In this document: piece after piece, positions 50,434-61,500 of the stretch
Layout of the letters: each line of letters opens with the position of its first letter
Numbering within the stretch: the stretch's first letter is position 1
NCBI GenBank assembly: GCA_029258795.1
Contig: JAPDKB010000002.1
Span: 160,001 to 224,000, forward strand
DNA length: 64,000 nt
DNA from: an archaeon
GTDB taxonomy: Archaea > EX4484-52 > WAPT01
Reading direction: 5' to 3'
The notes under the pieces: model-generated
Databases searched by the model: none
What the model was told of the DNA's origin: nothing
What the model saw: the letters and a program-made list of their open reading frames with translations, nothing else
Program-made: the position numbers and the translations under genes

Positions 50434-50952
50434 ATGCCTGAAAATGAAAAAGAACAAATAGTTCATGTTCTGGATACAAGCGTGTTCATCAAGCCAGAGG
50501 GGAGAAAGTTCAGTGATAAAGTGTGCGTAACCACCTATTCCGTGATGGATGAGCTTCAAAGCCTGGAGTCCAAGGTAGTGTTTGACATGTTTCTCAAGAA
50601 GGGTATGGCACTCATGCATCCTTCGGAGGAGAAAATGAAAGAAGTGGAGCGTGGTGTTGAAAAGTTAGGAGATAGGGTGAGTAAAGCAGATGTTAGTGTT
50701 GTGGCACTTGCGCTCGAATTAAGAGAGAAAGGAAAAAATGTGGTGGTCGTTACTGATGACTACTCTGTCCAGAATCTTTGCTCTTTCTTCAAGATGGAGT
50801 TTACACCGGTAGCAACACAGGGGATAAGGGAAAGGGTGGAATGGGTGAAAAAGTGCATTTATTGCAACATTTCTGTGGAGGAAGATGAATGTCCGCGTTG
50901 CGGAATGCACGACTTTAGGTTCGTGCCCCGAAAAAAGAAGAGGTTAAAGTGA
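50434..50952 (+). CDS. nob1: Nob1-like PIN nuclease with Zn ribbon
   Basis: VLDTS, S.AD...ALA, TDDYSVQN, CxxC...CxxCG. Confidence 0.9.
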   Translation: MPENEKEQIVHVLDTSVFIKPEGRKFSDKVCVTTYSVMDELQSLESKVVFDMFLKKGMALMHPSEEKMKEVERGVEKLGDRVSKADVSVVALALELREKGKNVVVVTDDYSVQNLCSFFKMEFTPVATQGIRERVEWVKKCIYCNISVEEDECPRCGMHDFRFVPRKKKRLK

Positions 50953-51984
50953 ATGAGTACTGACCTTTCTGTTTAAGAGGTCAAATCTTTTGAATCCCAG
51001 GTAATACGAGCTGGCAACACCTATCAATGCGGGAACAAGAGTGTTTAGCATCCTATCTATCACCATCATTGCCGCAGCTATCTGGAGGGGAACGCCCATC
51101 ATTTTCAGCACGAGCATATATGCGCTTTCCACGACACCCATACCTGCTGGTGGTGAGGGAACGAGTGTTGACAGTACCACCACCACGAATAGCATAATCG
51201 CATGCTCTATTGAGAGATTTATGCCAAGAGCTAACATCACGAAATACAGGCGCAAAATTTCCAGAGCACGTATGAGGAAGGAATAGAAAAGACCTTTCCA
51301 AGTTTTATCTAGCAGTATCTTCTTGAAAGAATGGGAGTATTCCTCCACAGTATCCTCCAGCTTTGATGCCCACTCGTCTATTTTATTCATGAGAGGTTTT
51401 ATGTTTCTGAGGAAGCGGAATATGAACCTGAGGAGTTTTAGCGCCTTGTTCTTGTTTACCGAAATGTAGAGAGCAAGAATGGTGAGCATTATTATGAACA
51501 GGATTGCTATCACTATCATTATTGTTCCCAACCATCCGAAGGAGTAAGCATGCAGTAGCATGACAAGCCCCAAAATTATGACCAGGAGGTAGCTTATAAC
51601 ATCATAAACGCGTTCTGCAACGATGGATGCAAAGCACTTGGATGGGCTGAGTTTTTCCACCTTGCTCAGGACATAAGCCCTTGCTGGTTCTCCGCCAGCT
51701 TGTGCACCCGGAGTTAGAGCATTGACAAGGAAACCGAGCGATGAAACCATATAGATGTTGGAGAATCTCGTGCCTTTACCCATGGAAGATAAGAGATATT
51801 TCCATCGCAAAGGATACAGTAATGATATTGAAAGCTGAAAGAAAAGCGCTATCAAAATCATTTTATGATTTGCAGCATTTATAGCGTGAGCTATTTCTCG
51901 AGGACCTGCTAGAAGGAGAAGAATACTTATTATTGCTATTCCTACAACAGCAGTCACCAGTGTGAACTTTCGCTTTCTATCCAT
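50944..51984 (-). CDS. UPF0104/lysylphosphatidylglycerol synthase-like flippase membrane protein
   Basis: RW, TPGAQAGGEPAR, ER..D, PAGMGVVE, R motifs. Confidence 0.88.
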   Translation of the reverse strand: MDRKRKFTLVTAVVGIAIISILLLLAGPREIAHAINAANHKMILIALFFQLSISLLYPLRWKYLLSSMGKGTRFSNIYMVSSLGFLVNALTPGAQAGGEPARAYVLSKVEKLSPSKCFASIVAERVYDVISYLLVIILGLVMLLHAYSFGWLGTIMIVIAILFIIMLTILALYISVNKNKALKLLRFIFRFLRNIKPLMNKIDEWASKLEDTVEEYSHSFKKILLDKTWKGLFYSFLIRALEILRLYFVMLALGINLSIEHAIMLFVVVVLSTLVPSPPAGMGVVESAYMLVLKMMGVPLQIAAAMMVIDRMLNTLVPALIGVASSYYLGFKRFDLLNRKVSTHSL

Positions 51985-52042
51985 ATGTATCTCCTCAAGA
52001 GTAATATCTATGACCAACCTAAATAAAAGCATTACGGTTATG

Positions 52043-53080
52043 TTAGCTCTTCATATATTCTTTGACAACAGTTTCCACAATAACCAGAAGGAGGGGACCA
52101 ATTAAGAAGCCTTTTATCCCAAAAACAACGGGTCCGCCAAAGAAACCGAGGATTACGGTGAGTGGGTGCACGTTTCCTGCTTTACCACACAGCACCGGAC
52201 GTAAGAGAAGATCGGGGATGAGACTCAGAAACACAACCCCCAATATAAGCAAGATTATGGCCTGTTGTATCTCCCCCACATAAAATAAGTAAGCTGCTAT
52301 ACCTCCGTATATCATAGGAGTGTTCAGTATCGGAAGAAACGCAAAAATCCACGTTATCACAGCCATAAGTCCTGCATAGGGCACACCCACAAAATAGTAT
52401 ATGATTGCACTTAAAATCCCCACGATGGTTGAGATACCTATGTATGATACAAAAAGAACTCTGAAACTGTTGTCCAATCCCGTCACTATACTTTCTATCA
52501 CCCTTCGTTCTTCCTTTTCAAACTTTCTGCTCCACTTTAAAACAAGTTCTCTGAGCCGTTTACCATCTCTCAGGAAGTAGTACGTGGCAAAAAGGTAAAC
52601 GAAAAAATCTATTATGATGTTGGGTATGTTCTTTATCCATGATGTTAGAGAAACTTGCACCTGTTCTACGAAATCAGATACGACACTCTGAAGTGTGGAG
52701 ATAACTGATTGCGATCCGGGTATTTCAAGGTCTAAAGAGGAGACGTATGTGTTAAGCTTGAGAAGAAACGTGTTGATGTCGGCGGCAAACTGGTAGATTG
52801 TCATTATTATAGTATTCACACCACCGGCAAAACCACTTATCGCCCAGCCGATGGGTCCGAAGATCAGTATGATGACGATAAGGATGGAGAGATTGTAGGA
52901 TTTAAGATAGCGCTGTATGTAATTCACAAGCGGGTAGAAGGTGTAGGCAGTCACAGCTGCGAGCACGAGCGGAGTGGAGAACGGCCAGATTATCCAGAGT
53001 CCAGCTAGAGCTATGAGAAAAACAAGAACTTTCTCAAATTCTATGATTGAGGGCTTATCAACATCTTTTTTTCTGCTCAT
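52043..53080 (-). CDS. AI-2E family transporter
   Basis: YFLRDG, LRP...G...VHPL...GFFGG...FG..G..IGP. Confidence 0.9.
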   Translation of the reverse strand: MSRKKDVDKPSIIEFEKVLVFLIALAGLWIIWPFSTPLVLAAVTAYTFYPLVNYIQRYLKSYNLSILIVIILIFGPIGWAISGFAGGVNTIIMTIYQFAADINTFLLKLNTYVSSLDLEIPGSQSVISTLQSVVSDFVEQVQVSLTSWIKNIPNIIIDFFVYLFATYYFLRDGKRLRELVLKWSRKFEKEERRVIESIVTGLDNSFRVLFVSYIGISTIVGILSAIIYYFVGVPYAGLMAVITWIFAFLPILNTPMIYGGIAAYLFYVGEIQQAIILLILGVVFLSLIPDLLLRPVLCGKAGNVHPLTVILGFFGGPVVFGIKGFLIGPLLLVIVETVVKEYMKS

Positions 53081-53164
53081 ATTATTAGAATATCTGGCAT
53101 GGCACACTTATATAAATTATGATAATTAGAGTTGGTAGAGTTCGTGCTTGTCATTTTATATTCT

Positions 53165-54340
53165 TCAATCTTTACTCTCTGATTCAACTTCAACTCGCTC
53201 ACACCACCTTGCAAGCCGCATGAGGGCAAGCTTTTTCTCATTCTTTCCTATTTCAGCATTCTTTATTGCATCCTCCAGCAATTTTGCGGTTTTTTCCATC
53301 CTTCTCCGATTTACCTTGTACGGCACACCATCTTTCCCACCGTGGGCAAAGGAAAACTTTGCAGGGTCTTTCCAGCTGAGTTCCGTGCCGTAAACCAGCT
53401 GCGAGGTTAAAGCAAGTGCTCTTATTGTAGCTGCACCCACACCCTTCACTTCCAGAATTTCTTCAAATGAGGTGGGTTCGAGTTCCGCAAGATTTTCAAA
53501 TAGTTTTAAAGAACTCTTTTTGAGAGAGATGCTGAAGTGATCGGCAGGCATTGTCAGATGAGGCGCACCATATACCCTATCATTTGAATTAGAAGTGTAG
53601 TTCAAAAGAGAGTTTCTTGCATACATAACACTCCATTTAACGACTTTATGTTTGCCCTCATTTACGAGGTCAACACAGGCATTTCTCACCTCTCTATTTT
53701 CTCTGGATGTGAAGTCAAGGACACAATCACTTCTTTTTTCAGCACATATCGCGGTATGGGGCTCATCCACAAATCCCCTTTCTTGTGTTCTGTTATACAC
53801 CCAGTGGTACCTTCTTGCATAATGTGCTGATGTGTTCATACCCTGCTGCACAACACACCACCTGCCATTTTTATCAAAAAGCATGACATGGTGGTAGAGT
53901 TCATAACTGTCCTGCACCGCAGCACTGTCCACTTTTGCACTCATTCTGCTGGTGTAAATGAGTCTTTCTATATCGCTGTCCCCGAGACCAAGCTCTTCGC
54001 CCCAGTTCCTTATTTCTTCTGGAGCTTTTCTGGACACCTTGCCTTTACCTCCCGCTACCTTCACCCCCATTTCTTCATCGTTATTCAGCGCTTCCTTCAA
54101 AGCACCACAGACAGTGGTTGTCACGCCCGAGCTGTGCCAGTCAAAGCCAAGTACATTACCCAATGCCTGAAACCAGAAGGGATCGGAAATCCTTCTCAAA
54201 AGCTCGGATGTACCGTATTCATGCACCACAGCACGAGCAATACTTCTAGCTAGAGGCACCATCCTGCTGAACAGCCATCTCGGGCATTTCCCGGTGTGTA
54301 AAGGAAGTTCAGCGATACCTGAACGTTGCATCAATGTCAA
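53165..54340 (-). CDS. DUF763 family protein
   Basis: LPLH.G..P.WL, GFDWHSSG.TT, AKVD, QQGMN, ARRYHW, HGGKDG.P. Confidence 0.9.
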   Translation of the reverse strand: MTLMQRSGIAELPLHTGKCPRWLFSRMVPLARSIARAVVHEYGTSELLRRISDPFWFQALGNVLGFDWHSSGVTTTVCGALKEALNNDEEMGVKVAGGKGKVSRKAPEEIRNWGEELGLGDSDIERLIYTSRMSAKVDSAAVQDSYELYHHVMLFDKNGRWCVVQQGMNTSAHYARRYHWVYNRTQERGFVDEPHTAICAEKRSDCVLDFTSRENREVRNACVDLVNEGKHKVVKWSVMYARNSLLNYTSNSNDRVYGAPHLTMPADHFSISLKKSSLKLFENLAELEPTSFEEILEVKGVGAATIRALALTSQLVYGTELSWKDPAKFSFAHGGKDGVPYKVNRRRMEKTAKLLEDAIKNAEIGKNEKKLALMRLARWCERVEVESESKD

Positions 54341-54394
54341 TAATCTCGATACAAGTTTAAAAAATGTGGAACATAATCATACCGATAAAAAATT

Positions 54395-55549
54395 TTACTT
54401 ATTTGAGCTCAGAAGCTCCAGCATAGAAACTACATCTTTGAGAGCTTTCATGATCCTGGAGATTTCATCTTTTAATTCCTCATTTTCCTTTTTCAATATT
54501 TCCAGCTCTTCTTTCAACATCTCAACCTCAGGGAGCGGCTTTTTCTTGGTTTTTTCACCAGTATTTTCTACTTTTTTCAGTTTGCGCTCCATTTCCTTCA
54601 ACTTGTTTTTCAGGATGTTGACATCCTTCGTTGTGGCTTCAATTTTAACCTCAACACCTTCATCCAATGCAAGGGCTTTATTTACAGTTTTTGTTAAATC
54701 ATCCTCTTTCTTTTCAAGGTCTTTCATACGTGAAGACATTTTATTCATCAAACTTTTAAGATGAGTTAGCTCTTTCTCTAGATTCTCCAGTTGTTTGGTG
54801 TCGTTAAGACCGCCGCTTTTAATCAGTTTATTAATCCCCTTTTTATCGACAATCTGAGCATGTTTCAGCATTACCTCGCTTCTTTCAATAAGTTCATCCA
54901 TAATTTTAAGTTTGTTGTTTATATTTTCCAACAAATTATCAATTTCCTCTTTTTTAACGACCGATTTCAGATGCACTGTGTGTTTTTCCACCACCTCTTT
55001 CAAACTTTCCAGTTCCGCGCTTATTTTCTTGATTTCCCGTTTCATCTCCAGAAATTCCCTGTATTTTTTCTCAATTTCTTCCAGCACAGCAACGCTCTTC
55101 TCTGCGTTTATTTTCGTGGACGCTTCCAGTTTTTTGAGCACGCCGATATCGTCTTTCATCTCCTCATACAAACTCTTGACGACCTCGAGTCCTTTAAACT
55201 CCATCAATGTCTTCCTTATGTCTTTTATCTCGTCCACAACCCTCTTTATTATCTTTTCATTTTTCTCTATCATTTCTTTCAGAATATCCATTTTATCCTC
55301 GACTTTACTTATTCTTGTGAGAATTTTCTCGGGCTCGACCTCCTTTGCTATGGCTTCCATTCTGTCGTACACCGCTTGCATCTCCGCCAAGTTTTTTTCA
55401 TCTTCCAGCAGCATGCCACGAAGCTCCCCTATCTCTTCCCTTATCTCCGCGATCATTTCAGAAGTGGCTTTCCTCATCTCGTTCAGAGCTTCAATCTTGG
55501 CTTCCAGCTCTTCAACTTTGGCTTCCATTCCAAGTTCTTTTTCAGACAT
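54395..55549 (-). CDS. Coiled-coil protein translationally coupled to the giant ATPase fusion
   Basis: 384 aa of heptad repeats; start overlaps the upstream stop by 8 nt. Confidence 0.85.
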   Translation of the reverse strand: MSEKELGMEAKVEELEAKIEALNEMRKATSEMIAEIREEIGELRGMLLEDEKNLAEMQAVYDRMEAIAKEVEPEKILTRISKVEDKMDILKEMIEKNEKIIKRVVDEIKDIRKTLMEFKGLEVVKSLYEEMKDDIGVLKKLEASTKINAEKSVAVLEEIEKKYREFLEMKREIKKISAELESLKEVVEKHTVHLKSVVKKEEIDNLLENINNKLKIMDELIERSEVMLKHAQIVDKKGINKLIKSGGLNDTKQLENLEKELTHLKSLMNKMSSRMKDLEKKEDDLTKTVNKALALDEGVEVKIEATTKDVNILKNKLKEMERKLKKVENTGEKTKKKPLPEVEMLKEELEILKKENEELKDEISRIMKALKDVVSMLELLSSNK

Positions 55550-58500
55550 GCTCCTCTACCTTGAACAAGCCAGCTTTCAACCTCTCCATCCTCTCCTTAA
55601 TCCTCCTCAGCTCCTTAACATTCTTTTCAGCTGATGCCATCCTTATCTTCGGCTCAAGCGTTTCGAGCTCCATCTCAGCATCAAAGACATCCACGCCCTT
55701 GGCTTTCAAATCCACAACCTTGTCCTTCAGCTCTTCATACAGCTTTGAAAGGTAAATTGCTAAATCCTCAGCTGTCTCCACCCTTGCCTTTCCCACAAAG
55801 CTCTCAAGCTCCTCTTTGCTTATCTTTTCCTTTTTCAGAGCTTTTAAATCTATGCCATGAATTCTTGCTTTTTCAAAAGCGTTCTTTTCAAGAGAACTCA
55901 AATACAGCTCGACCATCTCAAATCTGCCCTGAGCCAGCTTGGAATCAGCAAGCTTTAATTCTGTCTCAAGCTCAAAAACATCTATACCCTTAGCTTTCAG
56001 AAGCTTCACGATCATCCTTATCCTCTCAAGCTTCTTGTCATAAGCCACATATTTGGCCAGCTCCTCATCGCTCAGCCTTGTAACCTGATGGAGTATCGGT
56101 CTAAACTCAACAAAGTATGGCCTCCCTCTATTGTACTCGCTGAAAACAAGCATTCCTGTTCCAACTCCAGCTTTAACAACGCTTGCCATGTATATGTCGC
56201 CATACTTCATTCTTACCCTTTCCAGATCGTTCTCATACCTTGTTCTGAACTGTATTTCCATTCCAATGTTCGCTCTTATCTCTCCAACGAAATCGCTCAG
56301 AACTTGGGAAATCAACATGAGACCTATTCCCCATTTCCTGAATTCCCTTGTTGCTTTCTCTATGGCAAGGAAACCCTTGCCGGTTCCTCCGAATTTTGGA
56401 AGCAATCTGTGCACCTCATCAAAGATAAGAGCAGCTTTCAGCTCATGACTTTCCTCCATGTTGGAGTTGAATATTGAGCTTATGAAGTTTACAACGAAGT
56501 CCTCAATTTCCTTGTGGCTGAGCTTGTTCAGCACGAAGATAGTTATCCTTCCTTTTTGAGAGAGAAGCTCCTTTACATCGACCTTTTCGTAAGCGTCTTC
56601 AACCACCTTTATTTTTCCCGCAAAACCCCTCGCATCCTCCTTCTTCATTCCGAATTCCTTGTATTTCTTGAGCATGAAATCTTCCTTGCATTTCCTTAAG
56701 AAGCCCGTCCACTGGGCCGTTGGATCAAAGACTATCACGCTCTTTCCTTTGAGCAGGAGTTCTTCAGCCATCACCATGGCTGAGATGGTTTTGCCCGAGC
56801 CGGTTGCTCCTGCTATCATAACATGCGTGGATAGATGGTTTGGATGGATGAATGCCCTTATTGCTTTGCCGGCTATGTTTCCTATGAAGAGGGAGGAGGT
56901 TGTGGGTTTTGGGAGGTGGTGAACATCTATGGGTGTGTCCATCTTTTTCTTAGCGAGTTTTCTTCTCCTCTGCCAGTAGAAGTAGGTAGCTCCAGCTATC
57001 ACGCCACTCATCTGCATGAGTATCGCGAGCTCTTTAACTTTCAGGCCGAGAGGAGTTTTCTTTTCAAGGAAAGGAACACCAACCTCTACGTACTGCATTG
57101 CCGTAGCCTGCAACGGTCTCGATGCAGAGATGTAACTTGCTGTTGCTTTAACCATGTACTTCTTTTTCTCCAAGTTTTCCGGAATCTTCAGAGTGAGTAT
57201 TTTTGTTAAGCTGGTTTCCACAGCCATCGTTTCAGTCTTTGCCGCAACAGTTTCCAGCGTGTCCGGATCCACAAGCTCTATCGTTACGTTTGCATCCACT
57301 CTTTTCGTTTTTCCTAAATTGAAGAGCTCAACCTGAACTTTCAGCGTGTCTCCGGGATCAACAGCGTCCTGCAGGAGGTTTATTTTCATGTCCATCAGTT
57401 CTTCCGGCTTCTGGAGAACTTTGATTGTTATCGGTACGGTTGTGCTCTGGTTCTCAGCGGAGATTTTCAGCACACCCGTGTAGGTGCGTGTTTCAGCATC
57501 CTCCGGTATATCGAATTCAACTATGAAGTATCCTTCTCTTTTTGCATCGACTCTAATTAACGGACTGTATAGCTTTGCCAAGGGAATAACATCACCATAT
57601 ATCGTGGCCACGAATTCCGCTTGTTTGTCCAGAAGGTTGAACACGTAAATATTCTTCATGGTTTTCTCGCCCTGATAAAGCGTGAGGTCTATGGATTGTG
57701 TCTGCACAACGAAATCCTTCTTTCCAAGTTTTTCCAGAAGCTTTTCGATCAGCTCCTCCTCATCTAGCTCGTTGACAACAGTAGTTCCACCCCCAGAACT
57801 CACAACCTTTGGCTGCGGAGCCGGACAGTCAGCGGGACAATTATACGGACTCTCACCGTATTCACAAACGCCGTTACCGCATATAGCTGAAATCTCTGAT
57901 TCGGGCTCAGCCAACACAAGCAGCGGGTCACTTTCGTTCAGATCGATCCGCACCTCTGCTCTTGCATAGTTTATGGTTGGCGTGATCATGGTGAAGTTGC
58001 TCTCGCAGATACCGCTCTCCACAGAATAATTGGTGCACTTGTACACAGCAAGATGAGATAAATCTGAGACTTGATCGAGGTATGGAAGAACGTTGAATAC
58101 TATAGTGATGTTTTTGAGAGGGATGTCTGTATTGTACATTATTGCCCTGTATCTTGCCTTCACTCCAGTTAGTGGTACGAGCTTCGGATTCAGTTCCGTT
58201 ATCTCGAGAATGCTGTCGTTTGTCAAGTTCGCATCATTCACCATTATTTCTTCATAGGGGGAGATGGCTTCAATATCGTAAAGTCCCTGCTTGACATTGA
58301 CAACCTTGGTGTTGGTAATGGTGAAATTGTAAAAGACAAAATTGGCATTACTTTTCTTCATCACTACCTGTGTCTGGTTTGGTGATATTATGGCGAGGGT
58401 TATGAGTGGTGTATCCCTCACCCAGACAGAAACACTGGCGTTGTTGCCGGTTGAGTCGAAAGCTGTGTAAGCTATCTGATAATCTCCGCTCTCATTCAAA

Positions 58501-61500
58501 TAGTAATTTCCCAGTTTCCAAACGTCTTTGGTGGAGTTGTAGGAGAGTGTGAGTTTCTCCTCTGCTCCAGAAGGATAAGTTATGGTTGCGTCGACTCCAC
58601 TGACTCCTACATTATCTTTAACTTTCACCTCCGCGCTCAGAATTCCATCTTTCACGGTTTCATTGGTTGAAGTTATGGATGGGGGGGTTATGTCCTTGTA
58701 ATGGATTGAGTTTACGGCTGTTGCTCTAACAGTAAATCCGTAAACATTATACGTGGCAACCACGGTCAAATTGTGGAATTTTCCATCCTCAACCTCTGGA
58801 AGAACACATTCCATGTTCCAGTAGCCTACGGAATAAGAAACAGTGGAAGTGCATTCCTCATTATCAACATAAACATGGAATTCAGAATCAGAGCTTATTG
58901 GATTGTTGGCAAGGGTGAATGAAACGTTCACTTTTATGATTTCGTTTGCGAGCATGTTGGTGTAGGGGTCGGTTTGTGAGGGAGAGATTACGTTTAATTC
59001 AGCCTCATAAACATCCATCACAACTTTAACTTTCATGATCTGATTGTAGTTCACTTCCTGGATGGTGATGTTTCCTTCATAATGGTTTGCAGAGGGTATT
59101 TTGTTCCATGAGAGGAGAAGGGAGTAGTTGTTCTGCTTAGCCAAGCTTGTTGATGTTTCGTTTATGGAGAGCACGTCGGTTATGTTGCCCTCGAGAGAAA
59201 AGTAGAATTTGAGCTGCACATTACCCAGATTCTTTATGAGCAGTGCTCTATTTCCACTCATGTTTGCAACGGCCGGGATGTTGAGCTGCGTTGCATTTAT
59301 CTCCCACGAACTGTCTTCTGGAATGCTTACCTCCATGGTTTTTTCGTCACACATTTCGGGTGTGCAAGCACGCAAAGCAGGTATGTACGTGCCCGGAGCA
59401 AAGCCAGCTGGAAGCTCTATCCTTACTGTCACGTTTCCTGACGCTCCAGGAGAGAGAGATGTTATAGTCGAGGGAACGAAATGCACGTATGGGCACAGGC
59501 CTGGCTGGTATGCACAAGCGAATGTTACGTTTTCCGCGTTGTCGTTGCCCTGGGATTCCACAAGGATCCATCCTAGCATGGTGGCATTGTGCCGGGCGGT
59601 CACAGACTGAGACATGCTCGTTATGTTTACTATCCTGGTTGGCGTAACATTGATTAAGACAGGGTCAGAGGAGACCTTGTCATAAAACGACGGGTTGGGG
59701 TTGAGCCATTCAACATACGGCTGGATAGCATATGTCGAGGGCGGCGTGCCATTTGTTATATATAGAGAGAGCAAGCAGTCCATGCTTTCATTTGGAGCAA
59801 TCTGAGCACGAGCACATTTCCCAACACTCCACGATGTCCCCGGTGGGGGGCTTGCTGTTACGTTGATATTGTAAGCGTTGACGTTACCCTCATTGGTAAC
59901 ATTCAGTAATACGGATATCGACCTCCCCTCGAGGAGGCTGACATTGTCAACCCTGACATTGGTTGTTGCCGGGGTTATGGAGAGCCTTGTCCTCTCAAGA
60001 GCCTCAAAAGAAAAGCTTTCAGAGCTGCATTTCGAGCCAGAATCGCACGCCACGAGCTCTCCAGTATACACCCCCCCGACATCTGGAGTATAGACACAAG
60101 AGTGGTAGCCGTCTGGAATAGAGGGCGATTGCTCGCAAACAATCTCGGTCACCGTCCCGTTCGGATGGGTAACCTTCATTTTTATCAAGGAGAGCATGTC
60201 CTGGTCGTCATCAAAACGGGCTGTTACGACCTGCTGGGTTCCTATCTCTATCATCTCCTTATAGGCGAGGTCCGAAATGTACGGGGGCATGTCCAGGTAT
60301 GTCATATAGAGAGGAGCACTCCTCTCTTGTGGCAATGCCGTGCTGTTCCGGAAGGTTATGTTGGTCGCGTAAGTGGTCGCTAGATAGCTGCCCTCCTGGA
60401 AAAAGTCAATCCTCTTCTCTTCCTGTTCTTCTAGGTAGACATGGGAAGGATTATAGACTGTGCCATTATAATACTTGTCTATGATCATTATTTTCGGATC
60501 CTGTCTTGTTGGATTGGCATAGCCTGCTATGTCCTCGTAGGTTATCGTGAAGTTGAGCGGCACGTTTCCCGTGTTCCTGATGATTATGTAGCCTGCAGAG
60601 CCGTTGGTGTTGAGAGGGAAAGTAAGGTTCAAGAACGGAGCTTGGGTGCTGTTGGGATAGAACACTTTGATGGAGTAGGTTGTGTTGACAGGAACCTGAA
60701 TGTTTACGGGCAGTATTTTTATTCTTTCATCAAACTTTCCGAGGTTTGCACTTATGTTTATCTCTCCTGTGTAGTTTCCTGGTGGAAATCCAGCAGGAAG
60801 GGTTATGGTTATGCATGTTGTTTTGCTCTCTTCCGGATAGATCACGCTGAAGTAGGAGGGAGAGATGCTCACGGTTTGGGATGGGAGTGTTTTTGCGGTG
60901 TAGTTTATCCAGACATCATAGAGTTCAGCGTTGCCGGTATTGTTTATGAGTATTACGTATGTTCTTGATGTTCCGTGTTCCATGGTGTCGTTTATGGCGG
61001 TGATGTTGGGAGTTATCTCGGGATTTCCGACAACGTGTACATTCTGCTGGTTGGAGTATACAAAGGATTCGGAATTCTCATTATTATTCCATATCAACTT
61101 GTAAACCTGCTTGTAAGTTGCTGGAGAGGTTCCCGCGGGTATGGTCATGTAAAATGTTATGTTTATTGCTGTTTCGGGTGGAACATCCGGGATGAGTGTT
61201 GTGTTTGTTACATTGAACGATCCAGAGTACCTTTCAACTCTTATATTCCTCATAGTTGCTCTGCCAGTATTGTTTATCGTCATGTTGAAACTCACAATCT
61301 TGTCTTGTGTTGTAGAGACATTGTAGACCACAATATCGTAAGCTTTCAGGGTGGCTGTTGTGGTTTTCTCGTCAAAAAAGTATTCGAACGCATCATCGTG
61401 TGGGAAGTAAAGAGCGGTCTCATTTTCAACGTGCACAACAACAGTAAGATTTCCCCCCCTCTGCTCACACCCGTAGGACGGGTCTCCAAAGGAGAACGTT

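Noticed and set aside
50329-50619. 97-aa N-terminal extension of aIF5A in the ORF track
   Set aside because: It overlaps the divergent nob1 gene, and a strong GAGGTGA RBS supports the start at 50328
55700-56900. Canonical HerA helicase of the NurA-HerA repair system
   Set aside because: It lacks a HAS barrel, is fused behind a TM helix and extracellular stalk, and no nurA is adjacent
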